Positions 49,126 through 58,212 of a stretch of DNA of 64,000 nucleotides are shown here, one piece after another. The position numbers were made by a program, and so were the translations under genes. Each line of letters begins with the position of its first letter. The stretch's first letter is position 1. Location of the stretch: assembly GCF_016026235.1 (NCBI RefSeq), contig NZ_CP065613.1; one strand, written 5' to 3'. This DNA comes from Escherichia coli (GTDB lineage Bacteria > Pseudomonadota > Gammaproteobacteria > Enterobacterales > Enterobacteriaceae). A model generated the notes under the pieces. The model made no database searches. It had not been told where the DNA came from and saw only the letters and a list, made by a program, of their open reading frames with translations.

Positions 49126-49496
49126 AGATCTCCTGCAAGGTTTTCCCTGAGCAAATTTGCCAGACAGAGTAATCCAGCAAATCGTCCGGGGAAACCTTAC
49201 CTGTCGCAAACTGCGACTGATTGGTTAATTGTCGAACATTTAATCGACTGAAACGCTTCAGCTAGGATAAGCGAAACGTGGAATAAAAGGAATGATTGTC
49301 CAGTCAAAGAAAGCAATTATCTGACTTACGTCACGTTTTCAGCCCCGCCCCTGTGGAATTTATTCCACTTTGCAGAATCACGAATAAGCGTAGCAAAATC
49401 TTTTCGTTGTGCCGTCACAAACCCTGACTTATATCAGAATATGACTGATGCAGCGTCGATATTATCCGCAATACGTCCGAGTTTCGGAGTACTCCA

Positions 49497-49928
49497 ATGA
49501 TGACATTGCCCTACCCATATTCTTCCTCCGCACGCTTTTACGCACTGCGCCTCCTCCCTGGGCAGGAAGTTTTTTCCCAGCTACACGCTTTTGCACAGCA
49601 GCATCAACTTCATGCCGCCTGGATTGCAGGCTGTACCGGTAGCCTGACTGACGTCGCCTTGCGCTATGCCGGGCAAGAAGGCACCACGCTCCTGAACGGT
49701 ACATTCGAAGTGATCTCACTAAACGGCACGCTGGAACAGAGTGGTGAGCATCTTCATCTCTGCGTTTCCGATCCACACGGCACGATGCTTGGCGGTCATA
49801 TGATGCCCGGCTGTACCGTGCGGACCACGCTTGAACTGGTGATCGGTAGCCTTGAGGAACTGGCGTTTAGCCGCCAACCTTGCGCGCTTTCTGGTTACGA
49901 CGAGTTGCATATTTCCCCCGTTAAATAA
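49497..49928 (+). CDS. PPC/DUF296-domain protein, 143 aa, function unknown; first gene of the ECF-type cluster
   Basis: ORF with GGAG 8 nt upstream; domain assignment by recollection of the family, not by search. Confidence 0.55.
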   Translation: MMTLPYPYSSSARFYALRLLPGQEVFSQLHAFAQQHQLHAAWIAGCTGSLTDVALRYAGQEGTTLLNGTFEVISLNGTLEQSGEHLHLCVSDPHGTMLGGHMMPGCTVRTTLELVIGSLEELAFSRQPCALSGYDELHISPVK

Positions 49929-49950
49929 CTACTTTCAAAGAGGTTTTCTT

Positions 49951-50529
49951 ATGGCGCGTAGCCACTTTTCCAGTCAGGCACTGGTGTTGATCGTTATATC
50001 TATCGCCATCAATATGATCGGCGGGCAACTGGCCAGCATGGTCAAATTACCTATATTTCTCGACTCCATCGGCACACTTATTAGCGCGGTACTGCTTGGT
50101 CCGGTGATCGGAATGCTGACCGGCTTACTGACCAATTTACTCTGGGGATTGCTGACCGACCCGATCGCCGCCGCATTTGCACCCGTCGCGATGGTCATCG
50201 GCCTGGTCGCCGGTTGGCTGGCGCGAGCGGGTTGGTTTCGCACCCTGCCAAAAGTCGTTGTCAGCGGCGTGATTATTACGCTTGCGGTAACGGTCGTCGC
50301 TGTACCGCTGCGTACTGCGCTGTTCGGCGGTGTCACCGGTAGCGGAGCCGATTTGTTCGTTGCCTGGATGCACTCGATGGGGCAAAACCTGGTGGAGTCG
50401 GTGGCGATTACGGTGATAGGCGCGAACCTGGTCGATAAAATTCTTACAGCGGTGATTGTCTGGCTTTTACTGCGCCAGCTGCCGATTCGCACCACGCGCC
50501 ATTTTCCGGCAATGGCTGCCGTGCGCTAA
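49951..50529 (+). CDS. ECF-transporter S (substrate-capture) component, about 192 aa, substrate unknown
   Basis: Small polytopic hydrophobic protein with about 5-6 TM helices; RBS AAGAGG; immediately followed by the T and A components. Confidence 0.6.
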   Translation: MARSHFSSQALVLIVISIAINMIGGQLASMVKLPIFLDSIGTLISAVLLGPVIGMLTGLLTNLLWGLLTDPIAAAFAPVAMVIGLVAGWLARAGWFRTLPKVVVSGVIITLAVTVVAVPLRTALFGGVTGSGADLFVAWMHSMGQNLVESVAITVIGANLVDKILTAVIVWLLLRQLPIRTTRHFPAMAAVR

Positions 50530-51237
50530 ATGCATCCATTTACCTCATTAACACTGTGGGCATTGGCGGCCTGCACCACGCTTATCCTGCCCGCGCAGAC
50601 CATTTTGCCGATCTATAGCGCGGCGACCTTTTTCTGCCTTATTGCGCTAAAGGCCACGCGGCGGCGGGCAAAATATGTCGTCTGGCTGATGTTCTCGCTG
50701 GGAGCCGGGCTGTGGCTGGTACACGGTGGCTGGCTACCAGAATGGCTAAGCGGCACGCCACGCTCGCCAGAACGGTGGTCGCATGCTATTACGCTCTGGT
50801 TGCGGATTCTGGCGATTGTTTCAACCTCACAGTTGTGGATGCAGTACGTCCCCGTGCAATGTTTTATTCGCGCTCTGTTTGCTTCTCGCCTGCCGCCAGG
50901 CGTCGCTTATCTGTTTGCCGGGCCGTTATTGGTCGTTGAGCAGTTAAAACGGCAATTAGCGATTATTCATGAAGCGCAGCGTGCCCGCGGCGTGTCGCTG
51001 GATGAGGGCTGGTATCAGCGTTTACGTGCGATGCCCGCGTTAATTATTCCGCTAACACACAATGCGCTTAACGATCTGGCTGTCCGTGGTGCGGCGCTGG
51101 ATATGCGGGCATTTCGGATCCACAACCGACGAACAACGTTGTGGGCACCAGCCGATAGCACCCTACAACGCGTAGCGCGTTACACCATGATCTTGCTGAT
51201 GCTGACAGAATTCGGAGCGTGGATATGGTTACGTTAG
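50530..51237 (+). CDS. ECF-transporter T (transmembrane coupling) component, EcfT/CbiQ family
   Basis: 235-aa membrane protein with an Ala-Arg-Gly coupling motif (EAQRARGVSL); start abuts the S-component stop. Confidence 0.65.
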   Translation: MHPFTSLTLWALAACTTLILPAQTILPIYSAATFFCLIALKATRRRAKYVVWLMFSLGAGLWLVHGGWLPEWLSGTPRSPERWSHAITLWLRILAIVSTSQLWMQYVPVQCFIRALFASRLPPGVAYLFAGPLLVVEQLKRQLAIIHEAQRARGVSLDEGWYQRLRAMPALIIPLTHNALNDLAVRGAALDMRAFRIHNRRTTLWAPADSTLQRVARYTMILLMLTEFGAWIWLR

Positions 51238-51902
51238 AACAGTTCCGTTATTGCCCGACACACTCAACGCATCCTCCGTTCTGTTATGACTTTCACTATG
51301 TCAAACCGGGGATGGTCGCCATCTTTGGTGACAACGGCAGTGGCAAAAGTACGCTGGCACAGCTGATGGCGGGCTGGTATCCGGACTTTCTGCCAGGAGA
51401 GATAACAGGCACGGGGACGCTCCTCGGTACGCCCATTGGGCATCTCCCGCTTAATGAACAATCCGCCACCATCCAGCTCGTCCAGCAATCGCCCTATTTG
51501 CAGCTCTCCGGCTGTACCTTTAGCGTGGAAGAAGAAGTTGCCTTTGGGCCAGAAAATCTGTGTCTTGCTGAAGCAGAGATTATGGCGCGGATTGATGCCG
51601 CCCTGACTCTGACCGAGTGCCAGCCGTTGCGCCATCGTCACCTGGCAACACTCTCCGGTGGAGAGACACAGCGCGTGGTCATCGCCTGCGCCATCGCGAT
51701 GCAGCCAAAGCTCTTAATTCTTGATGAAGCCTTTAGCCGCCTGACTCCGCAGGCCAGCGAAATGCTGTTGCAGCGCTTACAACACTGGGCGTTTGAACGT
51801 GGTTCGCTGATTATTCTTTTTGAACGTCATCGCACACCTTTCCTGAACTACTGCCAGCAAGCGTGGCAATTGCAAAACGGAGCGCTCCAGCCACTATGTT
51901 AA
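51219..51902 (+). CDS. ECF-transporter ATPase A1 (ABC ATPase)
   Basis: Walker A GDNGSGKST, signature LSGGETQRV, Walker B LLILDEA; start overlaps the T stop. Confidence 0.8.
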   Translation: MDMVTLEQFRYCPTHSTHPPFCYDFHYVKPGMVAIFGDNGSGKSTLAQLMAGWYPDFLPGEITGTGTLLGTPIGHLPLNEQSATIQLVQQSPYLQLSGCTFSVEEEVAFGPENLCLAEAEIMARIDAALTLTECQPLRHRHLATLSGGETQRVVIACAIAMQPKLLILDEAFSRLTPQASEMLLQRLQHWAFERGSLIILFERHRTPFLNYCQQAWQLQNGALQPLC

Positions 51903-52573
51903 CGTTAAATAAGATATCTTATCGCTGGCCTGGCGCGGCAACGGATTGTCTTTGCGACATTTCTCTGCAACTCAAACAAGGTGAATGGTTGGCGCTGACC
52001 GGCGACAATGGCGCGGGAAAATCGACGCTGTTACGAGTAATGGCAGGTCTTCTTACGCCCACAGCCGGTACGGTTATGCTGCAACAACAGGCGATGAAAA
52101 ACCTGAAAAACCGCCAGCGCGCGGCAAAGGTTGGCGTACTGTTTCAGGAAGCGGAAAACCAACTTTTTCACAGCACCGTCGCTGACGAGATCGCATTTGG
52201 TTTGAAACTGCAAAAATGCCCGGCGGATGAAATCACTCAACGTACCCATGCTGCCCTGCAATGTTGTCAGTTAGCAGACACTGCCAACTCGCACCCGTTG
52301 GATCTGCATAGTGCGCAGCGACGGATGGTCGCCGTCGCCTGCCTGGAAGCACTCTCTCCGCCACTATTACTGCTGGACGAGCCGAGTCGGGATTTTGACG
52401 AAAATTGGTTGAGCGTGTTTGAAAGCTGGCTGGAGAAGTGCCGCCAGCGAGGCACGAACGTGGTAGCAATCAGTCATGACGCCGCATTTACCCGGCGTCA
52501 TTTCTCTCGTGTGGTGCGACTGGAAGATGGTGTAATCAGGAACGTTAATCCACCAGACGATATTCACCCGTAG
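51896..52573 (+). CDS. ECF-transporter ATPase A2 (ABC ATPase) with a degenerate signature motif
   Basis: Walker A GDNGAGKST, Walker B LLLLDEP, H-loop ISHD; signature position reads HSAQRR not LSGGQ; start ATG overlaps the A1 stop (ATGTTAA). Confidence 0.78.
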   Translation: MLTLNKISYRWPGAATDCLCDISLQLKQGEWLALTGDNGAGKSTLLRVMAGLLTPTAGTVMLQQQAMKNLKNRQRAAKVGVLFQEAENQLFHSTVADEIAFGLKLQKCPADEITQRTHAALQCCQLADTANSHPLDLHSAQRRMVAVACLEALSPPLLLLDEPSRDFDENWLSVFESWLEKCRQRGTNVVAISHDAAFTRRHFSRVVRLEDGVIRNVNPPDDIHP

Positions 52574-53258
52574 CGGTCATCATTAAGGTCAAATTTGCAG
52601 GCAGACTCTCTTCCAGCACCCGGCGAACATTCGGCCCGTCGGTACGGTCATAAAAGGCTTCTGCATCTGCCAGCGATACCCCTCCCGCCAGCTTGCGCCC
52701 CACCAGACGCTCCCGCAACGCAGTAGCTGGCGCGTTGATAAAGATCGAGAAATCACAAAATTGCGCAAGCTGGCACCACTTCTCGTCGTCCAGCAACAAC
52801 CAGTTTCCTTCGACGATGACGAGTGGTGCGGTAACGTGCAACGCATCTTCAACAGGATCATGCTTTTGTCGATCGTACTGCGGCCACGTACAATCCCCTT
52901 CCACCACCTGGCGCAGATTTTCCGCCAGTTTCGCAACGTCAAATGTCTCTGGTGCGCCTTTGAAGGGGCGCAATTGATGCGCGTCCAGCCAGCTATTGTA
53001 ATGGTGAAAACCATCCATCGGGAGCGTCTGAATAGCGGGTAGTTCCGGGTCTTGTTGCGCGAGATATTCCCAGAAGGTGGTTAGGGTAGATTTACCCGTC
53101 CCCGGCGGAGCGCAAAGAAAAACTACCGTACGCCGCTGTGGATTTACCGTCTGTAAGGCCGCCAACATGCGCAGCAACGGTTTATGTACATTTTCTATTT
53201 CATCATCAGAGTACTGAGCCTGTACCTTTAGTCCATTCACCGTCAGTTCGATTTTCAC
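52545..53258 (-). CDS. yggC: P-loop kinase-like protein YggC
   Basis: 237 aa, Walker A CAPPGTGKST; 3' end overlaps A2 convergently by 29 bp. Confidence 0.9.
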   Translation of the reverse strand: MKIELTVNGLKVQAQYSDDEIENVHKPLLRMLAALQTVNPQRRTVVFLCAPPGTGKSTLTTFWEYLAQQDPELPAIQTLPMDGFHHYNSWLDAHQLRPFKGAPETFDVAKLAENLRQVVEGDCTWPQYDRQKHDPVEDALHVTAPLVIVEGNWLLLDDEKWCQLAQFCDFSIFINAPATALRERLVGRKLAGGVSLADAEAFYDRTDGPNVRRVLEESLPANLTLMMTATGEYRLVD

Positions 53259-53764
53259 GGCGTTAATTCCTTTAAGGTGGTCGTTACTGCCAGCGTCAGC
53301 GCCGTTTTGACCATTCCGCTAAAACGCGCCTCTGACCAGACGGCGAAATCGGCGAACTTCATCGCTTTCAACGCGTCATAGAGCGTCGCATTGCGGGTTA
53401 TGCTATTGACGTTGCTGATAAAATCCCAGGTCATGTCATCGGCAAATCCGGGCATTTCATCCTGTTCGTTCAGGTAATGCCAGAACTGGGAAAAATGCGT
53501 GATATCGGCGTACAGCCATTTATCCATTTTCCCCAGCGCATAAATCAAACGCAGCGCAACATCAATATCGTCAAGCGGGCCGCTTTGGGCGAGTAACGGC
53601 TTCACTGCATATTCGACGATCTCTTCATCGTTATCGACAAAGAGCGACGGCAGAAACTGGCGTATCCCCTGGAGCAAAATAGAATGCGCAGTTTTCATAA
53701 ATGAAAATAAATTGTCCTGTGCATCCAGTTGCTCAAGCACATCATCTTCTGTCAGCGTCGCCAT
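53255..53764 (-). CDS. yggD: MtlR-like regulator YggD (FumE)
   Basis: 169 aa. Confidence 0.88.
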   Translation of the reverse strand: MATLTEDDVLEQLDAQDNLFSFMKTAHSILLQGIRQFLPSLFVDNDEEIVEYAVKPLLAQSGPLDDIDVALRLIYALGKMDKWLYADITHFSQFWHYLNEQDEMPGFADDMTWDFISNVNSITRNATLYDALKAMKFADFAVWSEARFSGMVKTALTLAVTTTLKELTP

Positions 53765-53785
53765 TGGTCTTCCGATAGATCACCA

Positions 53786-54751
53786 TCAATGCAGGGAGTC
53801 TATTATATTACACGTTTGGTCCGCGCCGCCGATCAGTAATGTCTGCGTCCGCACCCCATTCGCCGTCTGTTGGATACCGTTCACCAACTCCCCGCCCGTC
53901 ACACCCGTAGCGCTAAAGAGGATATCGTTCCCCCTCACCAGTTCATCGAGCGAGTACACACGGTTAACGTCAACGCCCATTTCTCTGCAACGCTTGCGCT
54001 CCTGCTCTGCAATCTGCCGATTTTCCGTGTAATCCCCTTTAGCCTGACAAAAGTCAATCAGCTCGGCCTGCATATCCCCACCTAATGCTTTAACGGCACA
54101 GGCAGAAATCACGCCCTCCGGCGCACCGCCGATGGTGTACATCACGTCGTAAGGATTATCCTGCCAGCAGGTCAGCACGCTGGCGGCGACATCGCCATCC
54201 GGCAGAGCGAAAACCTTCACGCCCAGCTGTGTTGCTTCTTCAATTGCGGCACTCAGGCGCGGTTTATCCAGCGTAACCATGCGCAGCTTGTCCAGCGGTT
54301 TACCTAACGCCCGCGCCACGTTACGCAAGTTGTCCGCCAGAGGCAAAGACAGATCAATCGCCCCGGCAGCCAGTCGATTAACAACCAGCTTTTTCATATA
54401 CATATCGGGCGCATGTAACAGGCTATCTCGAGGGGCGAAAGCCATGACCGCCAGCGCATTGCTCTGCCCCATCGCTACCATCCGCGTGCCTTCAATCGGG
54501 TCAACCGCGATATCGACTTCTGGCCCATCGCCTTTGCCCACCTCTTCGCCAATCCACAGCATCGGCGCATGGTCAATTTCTCCTTCGCCGATAACCACTC
54601 GTCCACGAAAAGCGACGTCGTTTAATGCCTGGCGCATCGCGGTGACCGCCAGGCCATCAATTTTATTTTTGTCGCCACATCCGGTTTGCGGCCAGGCAGC
54701 CAACGCTGCCTGTTCCGTAACGCGAAATAATGGCCACGCCAGGGACATCAT
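53786..54751 (-). CDS. yggF: Fructose-1,6-bisphosphatase class II (GlpX paralog) YggF
   Basis: 321 aa. Confidence 0.9.
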   Translation of the reverse strand: MMSLAWPLFRVTEQAALAAWPQTGCGDKNKIDGLAVTAMRQALNDVAFRGRVVIGEGEIDHAPMLWIGEEVGKGDGPEVDIAVDPIEGTRMVAMGQSNALAVMAFAPRDSLLHAPDMYMKKLVVNRLAAGAIDLSLPLADNLRNVARALGKPLDKLRMVTLDKPRLSAAIEEATQLGVKVFALPDGDVAASVLTCWQDNPYDVMYTIGGAPEGVISACAVKALGGDMQAELIDFCQAKGDYTENRQIAEQERKRCREMGVDVNRVYSLDELVRGNDILFSATGVTGGELVNGIQQTANGVRTQTLLIGGADQTCNIIDSLH

Positions 54752-56025
54752 TGCGCGGCCTCCCCGATATCAACGCCAAATTGTGCCAGCAGATATTTCT
54801 CGGCCTGTTCATTCCAGATGCCGTGCGTTTCCTCAACCAGCCGCGCCAACTCTTTAAACAGCGGATCGGTTTTGCCTTTTTCGGCAAAATCGGCAATGGC
54901 AGTGAGCGGCATGGTCACGCCGTTATAAATGAGTTTTTTACCGCCAGGGATATCCGGCAGATTGAGCACGGTATCTGGCACCGCATCCAGCCCACCGATA
55001 TGCGTGACCATAAAGGACGGCTGCAACTGCCCCGTGGCGCTTAACGCAATCGCCTCTTTCATGTCGTCCGTTGAACCGCCGGATGTACCGACTACGTGCG
55101 TGCTGTTGTAATGGACGTTGTAGAAATTAAACGGCACTTTGAAGTTTTTATCCGTCGGCCCGGCAAAGAAGTTCAGACAGCCATCTTCCGCCAGTAATTC
55201 GTCAGCCATCTCAACGACAGCAGGCACCGCCGCATAAACAAAAATGTCATCGAACCCGACATCTCCTGTCAGCGCCCGCAGCGTCTGGACCGGATCGCTC
55301 ATCCCTTTGGTATTCACATACACCAGCTCAATGCCTTTACTGGCCGCCAGATCCACCGGCAGCAGCTTCTGCACCTGCGCCAGGCGTTTGTCGTCGATAT
55401 CGACCACCACCACCCGTGACGGTTGTATGCCACCGTTAATGGCGTAATCGATAGCGCCAATGCCCATCGGACCCGCACACGCCAGCAGTGCAATATTGCC
55501 GCCAGGTTTGACGCCCATGCGATGCTCATAAACATATTGCGTGGTGTGATAATTGGCATGATAAGCACCAATAATGCAGCACATAGGCTCTGCCAGCGAC
55601 GCCGCAGCAAAATAAGAGCCGTGATACGGTAATACGCAGCCCAAATTAATGGCGATTTCGGGAATAATCATATAGGTGGCGTTACCGCCAAAATATTCGT
55701 AGCTGTAGCCCGCTGAATATCCGCTTGGTAACCCCATCGCCGGTTGCAATACAAAACGCTGGCCTTTTTTATATTTGCCAGTGAGATTTTTACCCACTTC
55801 GACAATAACCCCAGCACATTCATGCCCGGTAATGACCGGATGATTTTCTAAATCGTCGGGTACGCGTTTATGTTCACTACCGAGTAACGCCGCTTTCCAG
55901 GTGGATAAACAGACGCTGTCAGAAATCACACTCACCAGTAATTCATTATCGGTAATTTCTGGCAGTTCAAATTCGCGCAGACGGACATCCCGCTTGCCAT
56001 AAATAGCAGCAACTTTGGTTTTCAT
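54748..56025 (-). CDS. yggP: Zn-dependent sorbitol-dehydrogenase-like oxidoreductase YggP
   Basis: 425 aa, MDR family. Confidence 0.88.
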   Translation of the reverse strand: MKTKVAAIYGKRDVRLREFELPEITDNELLVSVISDSVCLSTWKAALLGSEHKRVPDDLENHPVITGHECAGVIVEVGKNLTGKYKKGQRFVLQPAMGLPSGYSAGYSYEYFGGNATYMIIPEIAINLGCVLPYHGSYFAAASLAEPMCCIIGAYHANYHTTQYVYEHRMGVKPGGNIALLACAGPMGIGAIDYAINGGIQPSRVVVVDIDDKRLAQVQKLLPVDLAASKGIELVYVNTKGMSDPVQTLRALTGDVGFDDIFVYAAVPAVVEMADELLAEDGCLNFFAGPTDKNFKVPFNFYNVHYNSTHVVGTSGGSTDDMKEAIALSATGQLQPSFMVTHIGGLDAVPDTVLNLPDIPGGKKLIYNGVTMPLTAIADFAEKGKTDPLFKELARLVEETHGIWNEQAEKYLLAQFGVDIGEAAQ

Positions 56026-56039
56026 TTTTACCTCTGTAA

Positions 56040-57428
56040 TCAGTGTTTATGTTCGGCGGTTAATTGATTAAATAAAGTGTCGAGTTTTGGATCGCCAATA
56101 TAGTTATTAATCAATATCAGTGGTTTATCCGTCACACGTTTCACGCGCCCTTCCAGACTGGCATGAGTAACGACGATATCCGCATCCGCAGGCACGTTTT
56201 CTATGGCGTAATGTTTTACTTCAATTGCCAGCCCCGCTTTTTCCAGGCGTTTACGGAAGGTGGTCGCGCCCATCGCACTGGAGCCCATCCCCGCATCGCA
56301 AACAAAGGCGATACGCTTAACCCTGCTTAACGAGAATGCACCCTCTTGTTTCATCGCCTTAACCGCATTGGCTGACTGAGCAAACTCATCTTCGCTCTCC
56401 GTTTCCACCGTTTTTTCCATCTTCAGTATCAGCGAAGTGATAGCAAAGGACACCAGGGTACCTACCGTAACACCGGCAATTGTCGCCAGGAACGAACCTT
56501 TCGGCGTCAGCGCCAGGTAAGCAAAGATAGACCCCGGACTTGGGCCAGCCACCAGACCACCGTCCAGTAAGTTAAACATCCAGGTGCCAGACATACCGCC
56601 CGCAATCATGGCAATAATAGTCAGCGGCTTCATCAGCACATATGGGAAATACAGTTCGTGGATCCCACCGAGGAAGTGAATAATCATCGCCCCGGGCGCA
56701 GAACGTTTACTCATCCCTTTACCAAACAAGGTAAACGCCAGCAGCAGCCCCAGGCCCAGACCTGGGTTAGAGGCCACCATAAAGAAGATGGATTTACCGT
56801 TAACCGAAGCCTGTTGCATTCCCAGCGGATAATAGACGCCCTGATCGATCGCATTATTAAGGAAAAGCACTTTCGCCGGTTCATTGATGACTGACAGCAG
56901 AAGCAGATAACCCGCATGTACCAGCGCCTCAATACACTCTTTGACGAAAGTATTGGCAATTAACACCGCCGGGCCGATCACTTCAAAACCCAGCAGACAA
57001 AGGAGCATCCCCGCGATACCTAATGAGAATTTATTGATAACCATCTCAAAACCGGCAGGTATGCGTTTTTCCAGTGCCTTATCAACATATTTTATGACCA
57101 GACCACCGAGCGGCCCCATAATCATTGAGCCAAGGAACATCGGGATCTCTGCGCCGACGATCACACCAATAGTACCTATTCCGCCCATGACCGCGCCGCG
57201 TTTACCGCCGACCAGATGACCACCGGTAGAACCAATCATCACGGGCAATAAATAGGTAATCATCGGGCCGACAATTTTGGCAAAATGTTCGTTAGGCAGC
57301 CAACCGGTGGGAATAAATAACGCAGTAATAAAACCCCAGGCAATAAAAGCACCAATATTGGGGATGACCATTGCAGTCAAAAAGCCCCCAAAAGCCTGGA
57401 CCTTTGCACGAGCAGACTTGTTTTCCAT
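56040..57428 (-). CDS. cmtA: Mannitol-type PTS EIICB component CmtA (cryptic)
   Basis: 462 aa. Confidence 0.9.
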   Translation of the reverse strand: MENKSARAKVQAFGGFLTAMVIPNIGAFIAWGFITALFIPTGWLPNEHFAKIVGPMITYLLPVMIGSTGGHLVGGKRGAVMGGIGTIGVIVGAEIPMFLGSMIMGPLGGLVIKYVDKALEKRIPAGFEMVINKFSLGIAGMLLCLLGFEVIGPAVLIANTFVKECIEALVHAGYLLLLSVINEPAKVLFLNNAIDQGVYYPLGMQQASVNGKSIFFMVASNPGLGLGLLLAFTLFGKGMSKRSAPGAMIIHFLGGIHELYFPYVLMKPLTIIAMIAGGMSGTWMFNLLDGGLVAGPSPGSIFAYLALTPKGSFLATIAGVTVGTLVSFAITSLILKMEKTVETESEDEFAQSANAVKAMKQEGAFSLSRVKRIAFVCDAGMGSSAMGATTFRKRLEKAGLAIEVKHYAIENVPADADIVVTHASLEGRVKRVTDKPLILINNYIGDPKLDTLFNQLTAEHKH

Positions 57429-57455
57429 AATATTATCCTGTAGAGGAGAGAGTAA

Positions 57456-57899
57456 TTATCCGCGGCTGATAATGTCCGCTAATTGTTTTTCTGATGATGC
57501 TGTTAAGAGTTGTTCGATTATTTCTTCTTCGCACAGTAATTCACTTAACGCCTGAATAGCGCCAATGTGCGAATCGGCATCGGCAGCAGAGAGTCCGATG
57601 AGTAATTTAATTGGTTCGTCATTCCCCGGAAAATAAACACCTTGTTCAAGTAATGTCAAAGACATCCCTGTTTTAAGCGCCCCACATTCCGGTCGCGCAT
57701 GAGGGATTGCCACGCCTGGTGCGAGAATATAATAAGGGCCATTGTTAATGGTGGAATCTTTAATTGCCTGAATGTAATTCTCGCTGATATAGTTTTTATC
57801 CAGCAATGATACCATCGAGAAATCGATAGCTTCCTGCCAATCTTTTGCTGAATGTATAACTGAGATTGATGATTCTGGAAAATAATCACTAAGCCGCAT
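57456..57899 (-). CDS. cmtB: Mannitol-type PTS EIIA component CmtB (cryptic)
   Basis: 147 aa. Confidence 0.9.
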   Translation of the reverse strand: MRLSDYFPESSISVIHSAKDWQEAIDFSMVSLLDKNYISENYIQAIKDSTINNGPYYILAPGVAIPHARPECGALKTGMSLTLLEQGVYFPGNDEPIKLLIGLSAADADSHIGAIQALSELLCEEEIIEQLLTASSEKQLADIISRG

Positions 57900-58176
57900 A
57901 AATTATCCTTATTTTATTTTTAGGGTACCGTCCGGCGGTAAAAATAAAATACTCGTGCGGTTTAATGAAAGCAATTGAGCAGGGAAACCGGTGTTTTGAA
58001 AACAGTGAATTATTAATTTCTTATATAACATTGAGTTATAGATATAACAACAAATGTCAACACGCATATCGTGATGCATATTACATAATTGATATTTATT
58101 GCATATAAATATTTGTGATCTACAACACGCTTTATCTATTGCTTGTCCGCAAACGGACATATCAAGGTAATAAAAA

Positions 58177-58197
58177 AGGTCGCCGAAGCGACCTTTT
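58177..58197 (-). terminator. Rho-independent terminator of tktA
   Basis: Minus strand AGGTCGCTTCGGCGACCT followed by TTTTTTATTACC. Confidence 0.8.
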
Positions 58198-58212
58198 TAC
58201 CCGAAATGCTAA

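Noticed and set aside
52545-52573. 29-bp convergent overlap of ECF A2 and yggC, considered as a sign of a wrong call
   Set aside because: Both ORFs have full expected length and motifs; the overlap appears genuine.
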